Shown here piece after piece: positions 11,690-24,057 of a stretch of DNA of 49,090 nucleotides. Every line of letters begins with the position of its first letter. Position 1 is the stretch's first letter. The notes under the pieces were generated by a model. That model searched no databases and was not told where the DNA came from. It saw only the letters and a list, made by a program, of their open reading frames with translations. The stretch comes from Octopus bimaculoides (taxonomy: Eukaryota), in assembly GCF_001194135.2 (NCBI RefSeq), contig NC_069006.1, forward strand, positions 23,251,234 through 23,300,323. Direction: 5' to 3'. The position numbers were made by a program, and so were the translations under genes.

Positions 11690-12394
11690 GAGTTGTAGAT
11701 TGTTCTAGATGATTGAGGTTACGAAATAAGTAGAAACCTAAACAGGTAGAGACAAACAGACTGAGTGTAAGTCTGTGTACGTATGTAGTATGTGCGTGAG
11801 CGTTTGTATGTGTGTGCGTGCATTAGCACGAACGTCTGTGTGTATGTATTTTTCTCTATGTGTGTATATGCATGTATGTATGTGCATGTATGTTGGTACA
11901 TTTGTTTACTTGTATGTGTTACTCTCGGTGTTTATACCTAAATGTGTGTGTGTGTGTATACGTTTATACCTACCTGTGATCATATGTAGTTATATGTCTT
12001 CATTTAAATTCTTTGAAATTTTTGCAGTAAAGTCGAGGGCTGGTCCCTAACTAAAGATCACAGTTCCATCATTGAAATTTAGCTAAAGACAGAAACATAG
12101 AAATTATTTAGCTTCATAGTCATTATGGCTTGTTCGGATTCCTAACAGAACACCGTATTCGATGACATGAAAGTCGTCCGAGCATATTTGTCGCATCCCA
12201 ATTTCAGCAACGCAGAACCAGAACTAAAAGAGAAAAAAAATGCTTTAAGTGAATTAAAGCTTATGGGAGCCCCAGCTTCGTATATAGGACTCGGGGTAAT
12301 TTTTTTGAAACAGCTGCTTTTTTTTTGCCCTCAAATGCGGTAGATTTTTGTGTAGCAGTCTTCAAACGTGTTCTGCTCTATGCTTTTACTTCCT

Positions 12395-12570
12395 CGTGAT
12401 TCCATGTCATCTCTGCCGTTTTTCCTTCGACTTGTTCCAGTCTCAGCCAGGTGTCCGTCGGGTCACCTGCTTCTCTCTCTCTCTTTTTGAGTTCCAGTCT
12501 ATGACTTGCCTGTCGTCCATGTTGGTCTTCTTTATCATATGGCTGACTCAATACTCCTTACGTTTCGCTA
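12395..12570 (-). pseudogene. RTE-clade LINE ORF2 C-terminal fragment (decayed)
   Basis: Minus translation *VSHMIKKTNMDDRQVIDWNSKREREAGDPTDTWLRLEQVE fits the RTE motif WxGHxxR...RQALxWNPxGxRxxGRPxxTW. Confidence 0.55.
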
Positions 12571-12689
12571 GCTGAGAGTCGACGGGGTCCTGCTTAATCT
12601 CAACCCAGAAATCATTGTTTCTCATAATTTCTGGATATCTAATCTTTTATCTGTCCAAAGCTATAGAAGAAGACACTTGCCCAAGATGT

Positions 12690-13100
12690 CAGTTTCTGAA
12701 GCAGATCGAATAATTTGATCACCTTAGATTCTCTCTTATGGGATTATCAAGTCTGTTGTATTAACATTGGGGGGGGGGGAGTTTGTTGGGAATATTCCAC
12801 AATTCCTCCTTGTGTTAGAACATATGATTCTGCTCAACCTTTGAAGTATTATTCTTATTGGATTGTCAACTCATAAATTTGGCTACTAATTCTAGCAGAT
12901 CGAGTGATGAGACCACGTTAGATTATTCTTCATTGGATTGTCGCTGTAGATTTGACTGCCATTTCTAGTAGACCAATGAGTGCGACCACGTTTGATTCTC
13001 TCGTTGGGTTGTCAAGCCTGTCGTGTTAACATTGGGTGGGAAGTTTTGTTGGGGATATTCCACACAAGTCCTCCTTGTGCTGGAACACGTGAATCTGCTG
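12690..13100 (+). repeat. Complex repeat: two ~105-bp direct repeats enclosing ~70-bp subunits
   Basis: 12727-12834 and 12994-13099 align (gattctctc...aacattggg...atattccaca...cctccttgtg...tctgct). Two intervening units end in gaccacgtt. Confidence 0.8.
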
Positions 13101-15894
13101 AACGTCAGAAATATTTTTATATCTGCCCTGCAGCGTTCCTTCCTACGTTTGGTCTTGTGCATTGTTTAAATGATTGCGTCATGTCTCAATGCGTGGCGAA
13201 CACTTTGATGTTGTTGATCATACGTGAAACATCTTCCATAGAAATGTCACATCAAGTTAAATCTTCAGCGCTATGTCTCTGTGTGTCTCTGTGTGTGTGT
13301 GTGTGTGTGACATATTTTAGGGTGTTACACGCGGAATATATCATGGGGTGATATACCTTAGGAACTTACATATTCTTTTATTCTATTAATGGTTGTAGTC
13401 GTAGGGATGCGGCCATGCTGGAACACCGCCTTCATTTATTTTCTATCAGTTTTGTTATTTGCTTTATGGCTGGAAGCTGTTCTATGATCGAATTTGTAGC
13501 GGCTGATCTTGCCTAAGTGTATCGTCGTTCGGAAGTTTATCCAATGCTTCAGGATTTTATGTCTGTGGAATAAAGTGAGGCGTAAAATATTGCAGGGGTA
13601 TATGTATGGACGAGTTGGATTTATTGAAAAAAGATTGGATCATGGACTATCTGAAATTATCTACGCAATTAGAAAGCAGAAACTTCTGATAATATTTAAG
13701 ATTTAAAAATGAAACTGACGTGTAGTTTCTTCCGGAGGATTCCAAGTTGGGTGGGGCCTATAGGCTACCTCCAAAATTCGTTAACCCACAGTGTGAAACG
13801 CTTGAAGGTTCGGGTTCATTTCCCATTGATACGACAATACGATCCACAGAACGGGTATGAAATGCTTTCTGCCCACTCGTTCAGTGCTTGGAAATGTCTA
13901 ACGTGTGGTTTATGTCAACCAGCTGATGTCACGTGTTAGGCAGATTTAGCTGCCAGCCGAGTTTAGAGAAACAAAATTTATGACTTTGCTTAAATTTGTT
14001 TCTAAATTTATTTATTTGCTTTCCAAATTTATTTGCTTTTTTCTTCCTTTTTAATTAATTTCATTTTACTTTTTAATGTATTAATGCGTTACAATATAGT
14101 TAATTTTTTCCGGAATGAAAAAGGGAGAAAAAACGGAAACGTTGAGAATGGAATTAGTGCCGTTACCATGACGACTGCTTAAGTGTTGGAGAAGTTCTTT
14201 AAAGAGCGAAACTTATAACAAAGACCGGTGATTGGTGATAGGTTCATGGCAAGCAGAAATTTGTCTCTGAAATATCTCCTCCTGAATCGAACACGTGCGC
14301 GCGACGCGCACGCACACACACACACACACACAGGCATACGTACATACTTACGCGCAGACTTACGCACGGGTGCACGCATACACTCAAGGAGAAAGNNNNN
14401 NNNNNNNNNNNNNNNNNNNNNNNNNNNNNNNNNNNNNNNNNNNNNNNNNNNNNNNNNNNNNNNNNNNNNNNNNNNNNNNNNNNNNNNNNNNNNNNNNNNN
14501 NNNNNNNNNNNNNNNNNNNNNNNNNNNNNNNNNNNNNNNNNNNNNNNNNNNNNNNNNNNNNNNNNNNNNNNNNNNNNNNNNNNNNNNNNNNNNNNNNNNN
14601 NNNNNNNNNNNNNNNNNNNNNNNNNNNNNNNNNNNNNNNNNNNNNNNNNNNNNNNNNNNNNNNNNNNNNNNNNNNNNNNNNNNNNNNNNNNNNNNNNNNN
14701 NNNNNNNNNNNNNNNNNNNNNNNNNNNNNNNNNNNNNNNNNNNNNNNNNNNNNNNNNNNNNNNNNNNNNNNNNNNNNNNNNNNNNNNNNNNNNNNNNNNN
14801 NNNNNNNNNNNNNNNNNNNNNNNNNNNNNNNNNNNNNNNNNNNNNNNNNNNNNNNNNNNNNNNNNNNNNNNNNNNNNNNNNNNNNNNNNNNNNNNNNNNN
14901 NNNNNNNNNNNNNNNNNNNNNNNNNNNNNNNNNNNNNNNNNNNNNNNNNNNNNNNNNNNNNNNNNNNNNNNNNNNNNNNNNNNNNNNNNNNNNNNNNNNN
15001 NNNNNNNNNNNNNNNNNNNNNNNNNNNNNNNNNNNNNNNNNNNNNNNNNNNNNNNNNNNNNNNNNNNNNNNNNNNNNNNNNNNNNNNNNNNNNNNNNNNN
15101 NNNNNNNNNNNNNNNNNNNNNNNNNNNNNNNNNNNNNNNNNNNNNNNNNNNNNNNNNNNNNNNNNNNNNNNNNNNNNNNNNNNNNNNNNNNNNNNNNNNN
15201 NNNNNNNNNNNNNNNNNNNNNNNNNNNNNNNNNNNNNNNNNNNNNNNNNNNNNNNNNNNNNNNNNNNNNNNNNNNNNNNNNNNNNNNNNNNNNNNNNNNN
15301 NNNNTAAGATTTAGGATTAAGAAGAATTGTAATACAGAAGAATTACTAATTATGTATGAAGAACCGCAGGTCTTCTACATCACCGTATGGTGGAGATGAT
15401 GATGGTGGTGGGCGGGGGGGGGCCGTAGTGATGGAAAATACAAACGGAGAAGTAAGGGAGGGGGATGAAGGAAGGAGACGCAGTAAAAGAAAAGGTAGAA
15501 GCCGATCGATCATCGAGGGTTCAAATACCATCAGCTGCAGTCTTTTGACCAAATTCCTAATCGATACAATTTATACCTTTAACTCTACAATTCATACCCT
15601 CAGTTTCTCCTAGAGTCGATAATACCAAATCATCTGGGAATGTCCCCTTCATTCAGGCAGAGATAACCATGTTTATTTTGGGGGTTTTTTTCTTCTAGCA
15701 GTAGGCCTTATGAAACTTTGCTCGTCATAAACTGGGCCTCAAAGCTAAAAGACTAAACTAACAAAGAGCAGGTGTAATCAAAGTATACCATGTACGAGAA
15801 AGGTTTTTACGAGTCCATGGGTTCATTAGGTCGGAAATTATCCCGATATCCATGGAGTATAAACAAGCGAGAGTACAATGCTGCCCCTGGATTA

Positions 15895-16188
15895 CTATTT
15901 TTTTTTTTTTTGTCAAACCTCGAAAAGGATTAATGACAAAGATGGCCTTAGCGGGATTTAACTCAGAACACAAAGAGCCGGAACAGACACCACAATGCGT
16001 CCACCACCCGAACTTCTATCAGTTTCACCAATCCACTGCCCAGGACTGATGCTTTTTTTTTTTTTATCGATTCCGAAAGAATAAAAGGTAAAATTGACAT
16101 CAGCGAGATTTGAACACAGAAAGTAGAGATTCAGAACAAACCCTGTGAGGAATACTAGCCAACGCTTTAACAACACAGCCACTTCGTC
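15895..16188 (-). mobile_element. Two diverged tandem SINE family B copies
   Basis: Both contain rc B-box-like (gatttaactcagaac / gatttgaacacagaa) and rc central-domain remnants (cgaaaaggattaatgacaaag / ccgaaagaataaaaggtaaaattgac). Confidence 0.65.
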
Positions 16189-16294
16189 CTATGTTACACT
16201 GGATAAATCGTTTAAAAACTGGCCAAAAGAAACCGAGAGTAGACGAAAGAGTAAATTGTTCAGTTTAAGAGTCACCCCTAAAACCTGTGTAGTT

Positions 16295-16360
16295 CAGTGT
16301 TTCTCAACCATGGACCCTTTTGATTTGTATTTTATTTGGGTAGGTCCCCATGCCCATTTG
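16295..16360 (+). mobile_element. hAT-type MITE terminus (truncated)
   Basis: Begins CAGTGTTTCTCAACC, typical of hAT (Charlie/MER-type) terminal repeats. The matching opposite end was not found. Confidence 0.45.
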
Positions 16361-16420
16361 ATGTTTTAAAAAAAATCATTATATTTTCAGAATTTAATAT
16401 TTTGGTTTCTATTTCTGGCA

Positions 16421-16591
16421 AAAGGCGAGAAATTTCGGGGAAGGGGTTCAGTCGATGAAACTGACCCCAGTACTCAACTAGTGCTTATTTTTATCAACTC
16501 CGAAAGGATGAAAGGCAAAAGTCGACCTCGGCGGAATTTGAACTCACAACGCACAGACGGACGAAATGCCGTTAAGCATTTTTCCCGGCGT
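16421..16591 (-). mobile_element. SINE family B copy (5' truncated)
   Basis: ccgaaaggatgaaaggcaaaagtcgacctcggcggaatttgaactc on the plus strand. Confidence 0.9.
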
Positions 16592-17239
16592 AATTGTATA
16601 AAATAATTGTTAAAATATTTTGTATATTGTCGAAGCATTTAGTGAATGGGAAAAACGTCAAATATTGTCAGAATCCTTCAAAAGATGATACAAACATGCG
16701 ATTTCGCACACTTCTAATTTAAAACATGCTCTTTAAGATAGGCATCATGGCCAACGTGAAAATCGAAAATGGCGGCCAAAATCAAAGATGGCGTCCAACA
16801 TTAAAAATTAATAATTGCGATGAACAGGAAATATGTTTTATTATAATAAACGTTATTTATTATGTAATATTTTGCACATATAGCCTCATATTTACCTTTT
16901 GAAGGATTTTTCTATCTTCTTCAGAGAACTTCATGACATTTACTATAACTAGATTGATCCACAATGATTGGTAATTAGTATTATACTAATCATTACATTT
17001 ATTACAGCCATAGGGCATTAATACATCGATACGGTGATTAATGTTATGATTATTATTACGATTATTGTGGCTATAAATATACGTACTGTGAGTATTATTG
17101 TCGTTAATGATGTTCCGGTTAGTATTAATTTTATTAATAGTAGCAGCGTTGTTGTAATTAATATGGTTTCTAATTAAATTAACAGTCATTACCATAAAAG
17201 CACTAATTATGTGCCAGCTATAATGAATTTCTGTATAAG

Positions 17240-17658
17240 TTTCCGATTTTGACACAAGGCCATCAAGTTCGGGGAAAGGCGTAAGTCGATTACATCGACC
17301 CCAGTACCTGACTGGTACTTATTTTATTAATCCAGAAAGGATTAAAGGTAAAACTGACATCGGCAGTATTTGAACTCAGGATGTAAAGACGGACAAAATG
17401 TCGCATTTTTGTCTGGCGTGCTAACGATTCTTATTTCTTTACTACCCCCAAGGGGCTAAACACAGAGGGGACAAACAAAAACAGACAAACGGATTAAGTC
17501 GATTATATCGACCCCAGTGCGTAACTGGTACTTATTTAATCGACCCCGAAAGGATGAAAGGCAAAGTCGACCTCGGCGGAATTTGAACTCAGAACGTAAC
17601 GGCAGACGAAATACCGCTAAGCGTTTCGCCCGGCGTGCTAACGGTTCTGCCAGCTCTA
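17240..17658 (-). mobile_element. Tandem SINE family B pair with different 3' tails (17240-17431, 17436-17658)
   Basis: Same head and central domain. The right copy has tail ...aatccgtttgtctg...cccctctgtgtttagcccc; the left copy has tail ...ccttgtgtcaaaatc. Confidence 0.9.
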
Positions 17659-17744
17659 TAATTATTGATATAGTCTGGCAGCCGTATTGTGTCATGAACT
17701 TTTAGTTTAAATGGTTGCTTTGACATTAGATTTATTTGTGAAGC

Positions 17745-17866
17745 CGAGTTTCTTATTCTATCGGTCTCTTTTGCCGAACCGATAAGTTACGGGGACGTAA
17801 ACACACCAGTATCGGTTGTCAAACGATTCTGGGGTAACAAACACACACACATATACATACAAATAT
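17745..17866 (-). mobile_element. SINE family A 3' fragment running into a gap
   Basis: rc of the 8330-8400 segment (tctatcggtctcttttgccgaaccg...ggggacgtaaacacacc). Confidence 0.9.
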
Positions 17867-18314
17867 NNNNNNNNNNNNNNNNNNNNNNNNNNNNNNNNNN
17901 NNNNNNNNNNNNNNNNNNNNNNNNNNNNNNNNNNNNNNNNNNNNNNNNNNNNNNNNNNNNNNNNNNNNNNNNNNNNNNNNNNNNNNNNNNNNNNNNNNNN
18001 NNNNNNNNNNNNNNNNNNNNNNNNNNNNNNNNNNNNNNNNNNNNNNNNNNNNNNNNNNNNNNNNNNNNNNNNNNNNNNNNNNNNNNNNNNNNNNNNNNNN
18101 NNNNNNNNNNNNNNNNNNNNNNNNNNNNNNNNNNNNNNNNNNNNNNNNNNNNNNNNNNNNNNNNNNNNNNNNNNNNNNNNNNNNNNNNNNNNNNNNNNNN
18201 NNNNNNNNNNNNNNNNNNNNNNNNNNNNNNNNNNNNNNNNNNNNNNNNNNNNNNNNNNNNNNNNNNNNNNNNNNNNNNNNNNNNNNNNNNNNNNNNNNNN
18301 NNNNNNNNNNNNNN

Positions 18315-18385
<71 letters not shown>

Positions 18386-19186
18386 CGTGCGTGTTTGTAC
18401 AAATGCTTGTCCTTATGATGTCGAGTATAAGAGTGAGCGTGCGTGATTGTGTGCGCGTGTATGAGTGTGTGTGTGTGTATGTGTTTGTATGTTTTCCAGT
18501 ATCTTGTGTACGTATGTTTTGCACATGTGTACCTTTGTGTGCGCGTGCGTGGTTTTGCTTTTATTTTCAATTTGTAACACTTCCGGCAATTTGCAAGAAT
18601 TCTTTCTTTGACAACAAAACAGAATCGTGACAACTTCTAACTACATGTATCGTTGTTGTTGCTGTTGCTGTTTTAACTATAATTGTTGTTGGGTTAAATA
18701 TCATTCTTATCGTTGTTTTAACCATTATTATTGCTGTTGCGTTTTAAACATTATCTTCCCAATGTATACATCGAAGTTTTTACGTCGCCATATATATTTC
18801 CAAAGATGAATGCAGTCGATGTACGTTACGTAATCCCGTAATTTATCAAGGACGCTAGTCACATTGAAATCGTAGCTGATTCCGGAAGATGGTCGATAAA
18901 ATAAAGTAACAGCTAAATAGTAGAAGCTCGGTTTGATATTCCTATGAAGAAGTGGTTCTGAATGTGAGAACCAACGTCTCCTGGTGAGCGTCGTGAGCTC
19001 ACAAGCAGGGAGCAAATGTCAAGGGAGCGCTATAGGCAGTGGCGTATGAAGGTATCGGCATGCTGGGCAGTTGGCTGGAACCCTTGCATGTCTAGGGGCT
19101 CGTTTCTGATCTATGTATACTGTACCTTGTTGTTAATAAATAACTGCTATGGGGCCCAATGCTAGGATTTTCCCAGGGCCCCTCAT

Positions 19187-19478
19187 GGATTCAGTCTCAC
19201 TGCGTGGCAACTTGGGTAAGTGTATTCTACTGTAGCCTCAGGCTGACCAAAGCCTGGTGAGTGGATATATATGTATATATCAATGTGTGTGTGTCTTTGC
19301 GCCTGTGTTTGTCCCCGTCACCGCTTGATGTGTTTGCGTCCCTGTAACCTAGCGGTTCACCAAATTAGTACTAGGCTTAAAAAACTAAGTTCTGTGGTCG
19401 ATTTGTTCGATTAGAAACCCCTCAAGGCGGTGCTCCAGCATGGCCGCAGTCAAATGACTGAAACAACTAAAATACAAA
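19187..19478 (+). mobile_element. SINE family A copy (CORE-type) with 3' tail
   Basis: ttcagtctcactgcgtggcaacttgggtaagtg (CORE-like) ... aaggcggtgctccagcatggccgcagtcaaatgactgaaacaa. Confidence 0.88.
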
Positions 19479-20276
19479 ACACACACATCATTATATATAN
19501 NNNNNNNNNNNNNNNNNNNNNNNNNNNNNNNNNNNNNNNNNNNNNNNNNNNNNNNNNNNNNNNNNNNNNNNNNNNNNNNNNNNNNNNNNNNNNNNNNNNN
19601 NNNNNNNNNNNNNNNNNNNNNNNNNNNNNNNNNNNNNNNNNNNNNNNNNNNNNNNNNNNNNNNNNNNNNNNNNNNNNNNNNNNNNNNNNNNNNNNNNNNN
19701 NNNNNNNNNNNNNNNNNNNNNNNNNNNNNNNNNNNNNNNNNNNNNNNNNNNNNNNNNNNNNNNNNNNNNNNNNNNNNNNNNNNNNNNNNNNNNNNNNNNN
19801 NNNNNNNNNNNNNNNNNNNNNNNNNNNNNNNNNNNNNNNNNNNNNNNNNNNNNNNNNNNNNNNNNNNNNNNNNNNNNNNNNNNNNNNNNNNNNNNNNNNN
19901 NNNNNNNNNNNNNNNNNNNNNNNNNNNNNNNNNNNNNNNNNNNNNNNNNNNNNNNNNNNNNNNNNNNNNNNNNNNNNNNNNNNNNNNNNNNNNNNNNNNN
20001 NNNNNNNNNNNNNNNNNNNNNNNNNNNNNNNNNNNNNNNNNNNNNNNNNNNNNNNNNNNNNNNNNNNNNNNNNNNNNNNNNNNNNNNNNNNNNNNNNNNN
20101 NNNNNNNNNNNNNNNNNNNNNNNNNNNNNNNNNNNNNNNNNNNNNNNNNNNNNNNNNNNNNNNNNNNNNNNNNNNNNNNNNNNNNNNNNNNNNNNNNNNN
20201 NNNNNNNNNNNNNNNNNNNNNNNNNNNNNNNNNNNNNNNNNNNNNNNNNNNNNNNNNNNNNNNNNNNNNNNNNNNN

Positions 20277-20364
<88 letters not shown>

Positions 20365-20824
20365 ATATATACACATAAGCACTCACATACACACACACGC
20401 ACAAACACATTCATACATACATACATACATATATATATGTTGATGTTTGTTTTTATGTTATAATAGAAACAGTTTTACACTAAACAAAAGGATTAGTCGA
20501 TACATTAGGTAGAGTACAAATTTATCATTCTTTGACAAGAATGGTACTGACAGTGACTTCGAAGTTTTTGCCAGCTCCGCCATCATCAGTCACTGTCAAT
20601 ACTGTGGGTTTATATTGCCACCAATGGTTTCGTGTGGAAACAAATTCACAATTCTCTAAGTGCTCCTCATTAGAATACTGGCAATCGTCTCCATTTTGGT
20701 AGCCTCTTCCAAAATAGAGGCGATTTCCAATATCCTAATGTGGAGTGCTTGAAGAATGGTGTATATTTTCTTCAGATGAAACCATAGGTGGAAATGTTAA
20801 TATACAAACCTATCTATCCATCTG

Positions 20825-20856
<32 letters not shown>

Positions 20857-21245
20857 AATGTGTGCGTGTGTGTGTCTGAAAGTCTGACGAGGTGGGCGTA
20901 TTCTACGCCCACCACAGTTCAAGAGTTGCGGAACTGAGTCAGAAACACATGTAACTCCGTGGTACTTTCTTTAATTTGATCATACATGCGTATAAACCCT
21001 GAAACTCGGGTATATATATATATATATATCATAAATTGTAAATGAGTTTTCGTGCAAACGTTTAATAAACACACATTTAGCCTCATTTGCATATCAGTGT
21101 ATTCATTGATGACACGTATTAATTAACAAAAGTACTAAGACAGCCTATGAGGGCGAGTAAATATAAGTTTTACATGTCTATGTTTAATATCCTTGCATAT
21201 TTAGTTTCATTGTGTCAATATAACCCGTGGTTAAACCACAACGCT

Positions 21246-21341
<96 letters not shown>

Positions 21342-21623
21342 CTTTCTCTCCCTCTCCAGGGTGAACCAAACAACCTTGTCGTTTTTAATCACTGGATCTG
21401 TTTACCCAAGCTGTCTAAATGCATGTTTATTTAAACGTACGCATGTAAACCTATTTGTAATTCACAATTTAACCGAACTCACACCACACAAACACATGAC
21501 ATACATGGACACTCATGTTCTGTCTCTGTACTGAAGTATATACGCATGGAGGTGTATGGGCGTGTGTATGCGCGCGCGAGCGTGTATGCGTGCTTACATA
21601 GATACACATATATGTGCACATTC

Positions 21624-21665
<42 letters not shown>

Positions 21666-21911
21666 ATGCATGTGCGTATGTGTTTACATATATGCACATA
21701 TGTGAGCTTTGTGTATGCCATGTACATTTCATTTCTATGTATACAGGTACATATATGAGTGACTGCATCATTGTGTGCATGTATATGCTTATATATATAT
21801 GTGTGTGTGTGTGTATACATATATAGATAGAGACAGACGGACAGACAGACAGACAGAAAGAGACAAAGAGACAGGTAGACAGACATAGACAGAAACACAC
21901 ACACATATATA

Positions 21912-22119
21912 CGAGAGGGTGCTGAAAAGTTAAGGGCCTCGTGAAAGGCCTGGCTGGAGACCCAACCTTCTGCATTCCTTTATAGGGCTTAGACAAACTG
22001 AAGGACCGCTGTAATAAGTGTGTGACTCTGAGAGGCGAAAATGTTGAACAAAATCATAATTAACTGATCCTCTTGTATTTTCTTTTACCCAAAGCCAGGA
22101 ACTTTTCAGCACCCCGTCG
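21912..22119 (+). mobile_element. Mariner-derived MITE, 208 bp, TA-flanked
   Basis: TIRs CGAGAGGGTGCTGAAAAGTT / rc CGACGGGGTGCTGAAAAGTT, with TA at 21910-21911 and 22120-22121. Internal GLDKLKDRCNKCVTLRGENVEQ matches a mariner C-terminus. Confidence 0.88.
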
Positions 22120-22720
22120 TATAGGACGTAGCGAGAATCAATTGGTTGTTGGCAAATGAACTCGGAAGCACATCTGCGTATCTTTAACTAACAGAGTTCT
22201 CCCAAAGAAAATTTTCCAGATCCTTCAGCTGGTCAGTATAATGGACCATACAAAGTTAAGCAATTATTTACTGATTCCGGGTACTCTGAAAATCAATATA
22301 TATGTATCAATAGTATAATTGATACACGTTATGCAGTGTATCATCTANNNNNNNNNNNNNNNNNNNNNNNNNNNNNNNNNNNNNNNNNNNNNNNNNNNNN
22401 NNNNNNNNNNNNNNNNNNNNNNNNNNNNNNNNNNNNNNNNNNNNNNNNNNNNNNNNNNNNNNNNNNNNNNNNNNNNNNNNNNNNNNNNNNNNNNNNNNNN
22501 NNNNNNNNNNNNNNNNNNNNNNNNNNNNNNNNNNNNNNNNNNNNNNNNNNNNNNNNNNNNNNNNNNNNNNNNNNNNNNNNNNNNNNNNNNNNNNNNNNNN
22601 NNNNNNNNNNNNNNNNNNNNNNNNNNNNNNNNNNNNNNNNNNNNNNNNNNNNNNNNNNNNNNNNNNNNNNNNNNNNNNNNNNNNNNNNNNNNNNNNNNNN
22701 NNNNNNNNNNNNNNNNNNNN

Positions 22721-22756
<36 letters not shown>

Positions 22757-22814
22757 TGCATTTCTTTCGTTTATCTAACTTCCTACTACGAACCCCGTTT
22801 TTAACTGATAACAT

Positions 22815-23003
22815 TATGCTCTTCATCATCACCATCGTCGTTATCGTCATCGTCGCCACCTTCCTCCTCGCCATCATCATTATCATCATCATCATCACCA
22901 TCATCAACATAATTATTATCATTATCATCATCATCACAGTCATCATCATCACGATCATCAGCATCATCACCATCATCATCACCATCCTCACCATCATCCT
23001 CAC

Positions 23004-23049
<46 letters not shown>

Positions 23050-23460
23050 TTCATCTTCATGATCATCATGAGCAACAACAACAACAACAATAATTCTGAG
23101 CACGTGCAGCTACTTAAAGGCTTTGCTAATCAGAAATACCCTGTAACACACCCGACTTTATAATCCATCTTTATATATCAAGCAGTTGCACCACCATCGA
23201 TGTCGATGCTGTGGTCGACATCGTCGTCGTCGTCGTCGTCATCATCATCATCATCGTCATCATCATCATCATCATCACCAACACAGCTTCCATTGCCATC
23301 ATGATAACCATTCGTCGTCATTATGGGAATCTTCGTTGTTGTCATCAACATCATCATCATCATCGTCATTAGCATCATCATCGTCGTCCTCCCCATCGTT
23401 ATAATCGTCATTGCTGTCGCCATGTTGGTCGTTATCATCATCATCATCACAATCCTCTTC
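22815..23460 (+). repeat. (CAT)n/(CGT)n trinucleotide low-complexity tracts
   Basis: Direct reading. These give the poly-I/H/D/M ORFs in the track. Confidence 0.95.
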
Positions 23461-23876
23461 ATTCTCAGTAGCTGCAGCTAAGAGTCACCTCCTTTTATGA
23501 TTATTCAACGCTGACCCGTCTTACAAATGTACACTGTGTGTGCATGCATGAAGATACTTGTGTGTCTGTGTGTGCGTACGCGCGCGTGTATATGTGTATA
23601 TGTGCCTATGTGTGTGAGTGTGTGTAATCTTATTCAAAAGCTGGATAAACCATCGATCCCATTACGGCTGTCAGTTTCACCCTTTGTCCGTTCATCAGGT
23701 TTTGACAAGAATTCATTTACATTCCGTGAATTTTAACATATTAAGAAACCAGGAATAATATATTCCGAATAATTCTTGAATGGTACTAAGGGCATCTATG
23801 TTTACGCTTCTGGACAATGTATTTATACATACATATATACATATATACCTGCTTTTGTTTTTCTGTAAATTTCAAC

Positions 23877-23945
<69 letters not shown>

Positions 23946-24010
23946 GTTTGTGTGTGTGTGCATATCTGTGTATATATATATATGCATATATATGTGTGTG
24001 TGTGTGTATA

Positions 24011-24057
<47 letters not shown>

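Noticed and set aside
19037-19202. CAGTGGCGTA...CACTG as a TIR-bounded MITE
   Set aside because: The apparent right TIR belongs to the family A SINE starting at about 19187. At most a truncated MITE left end remains.
20530-20620. Cadherin-like reading VLTVTDDGGAGKNFEVTVSTILVK on the minus strand
   Set aside because: Lacks DxNDN/LDRE/PxF cadherin signatures, and the frame is bounded by stops.
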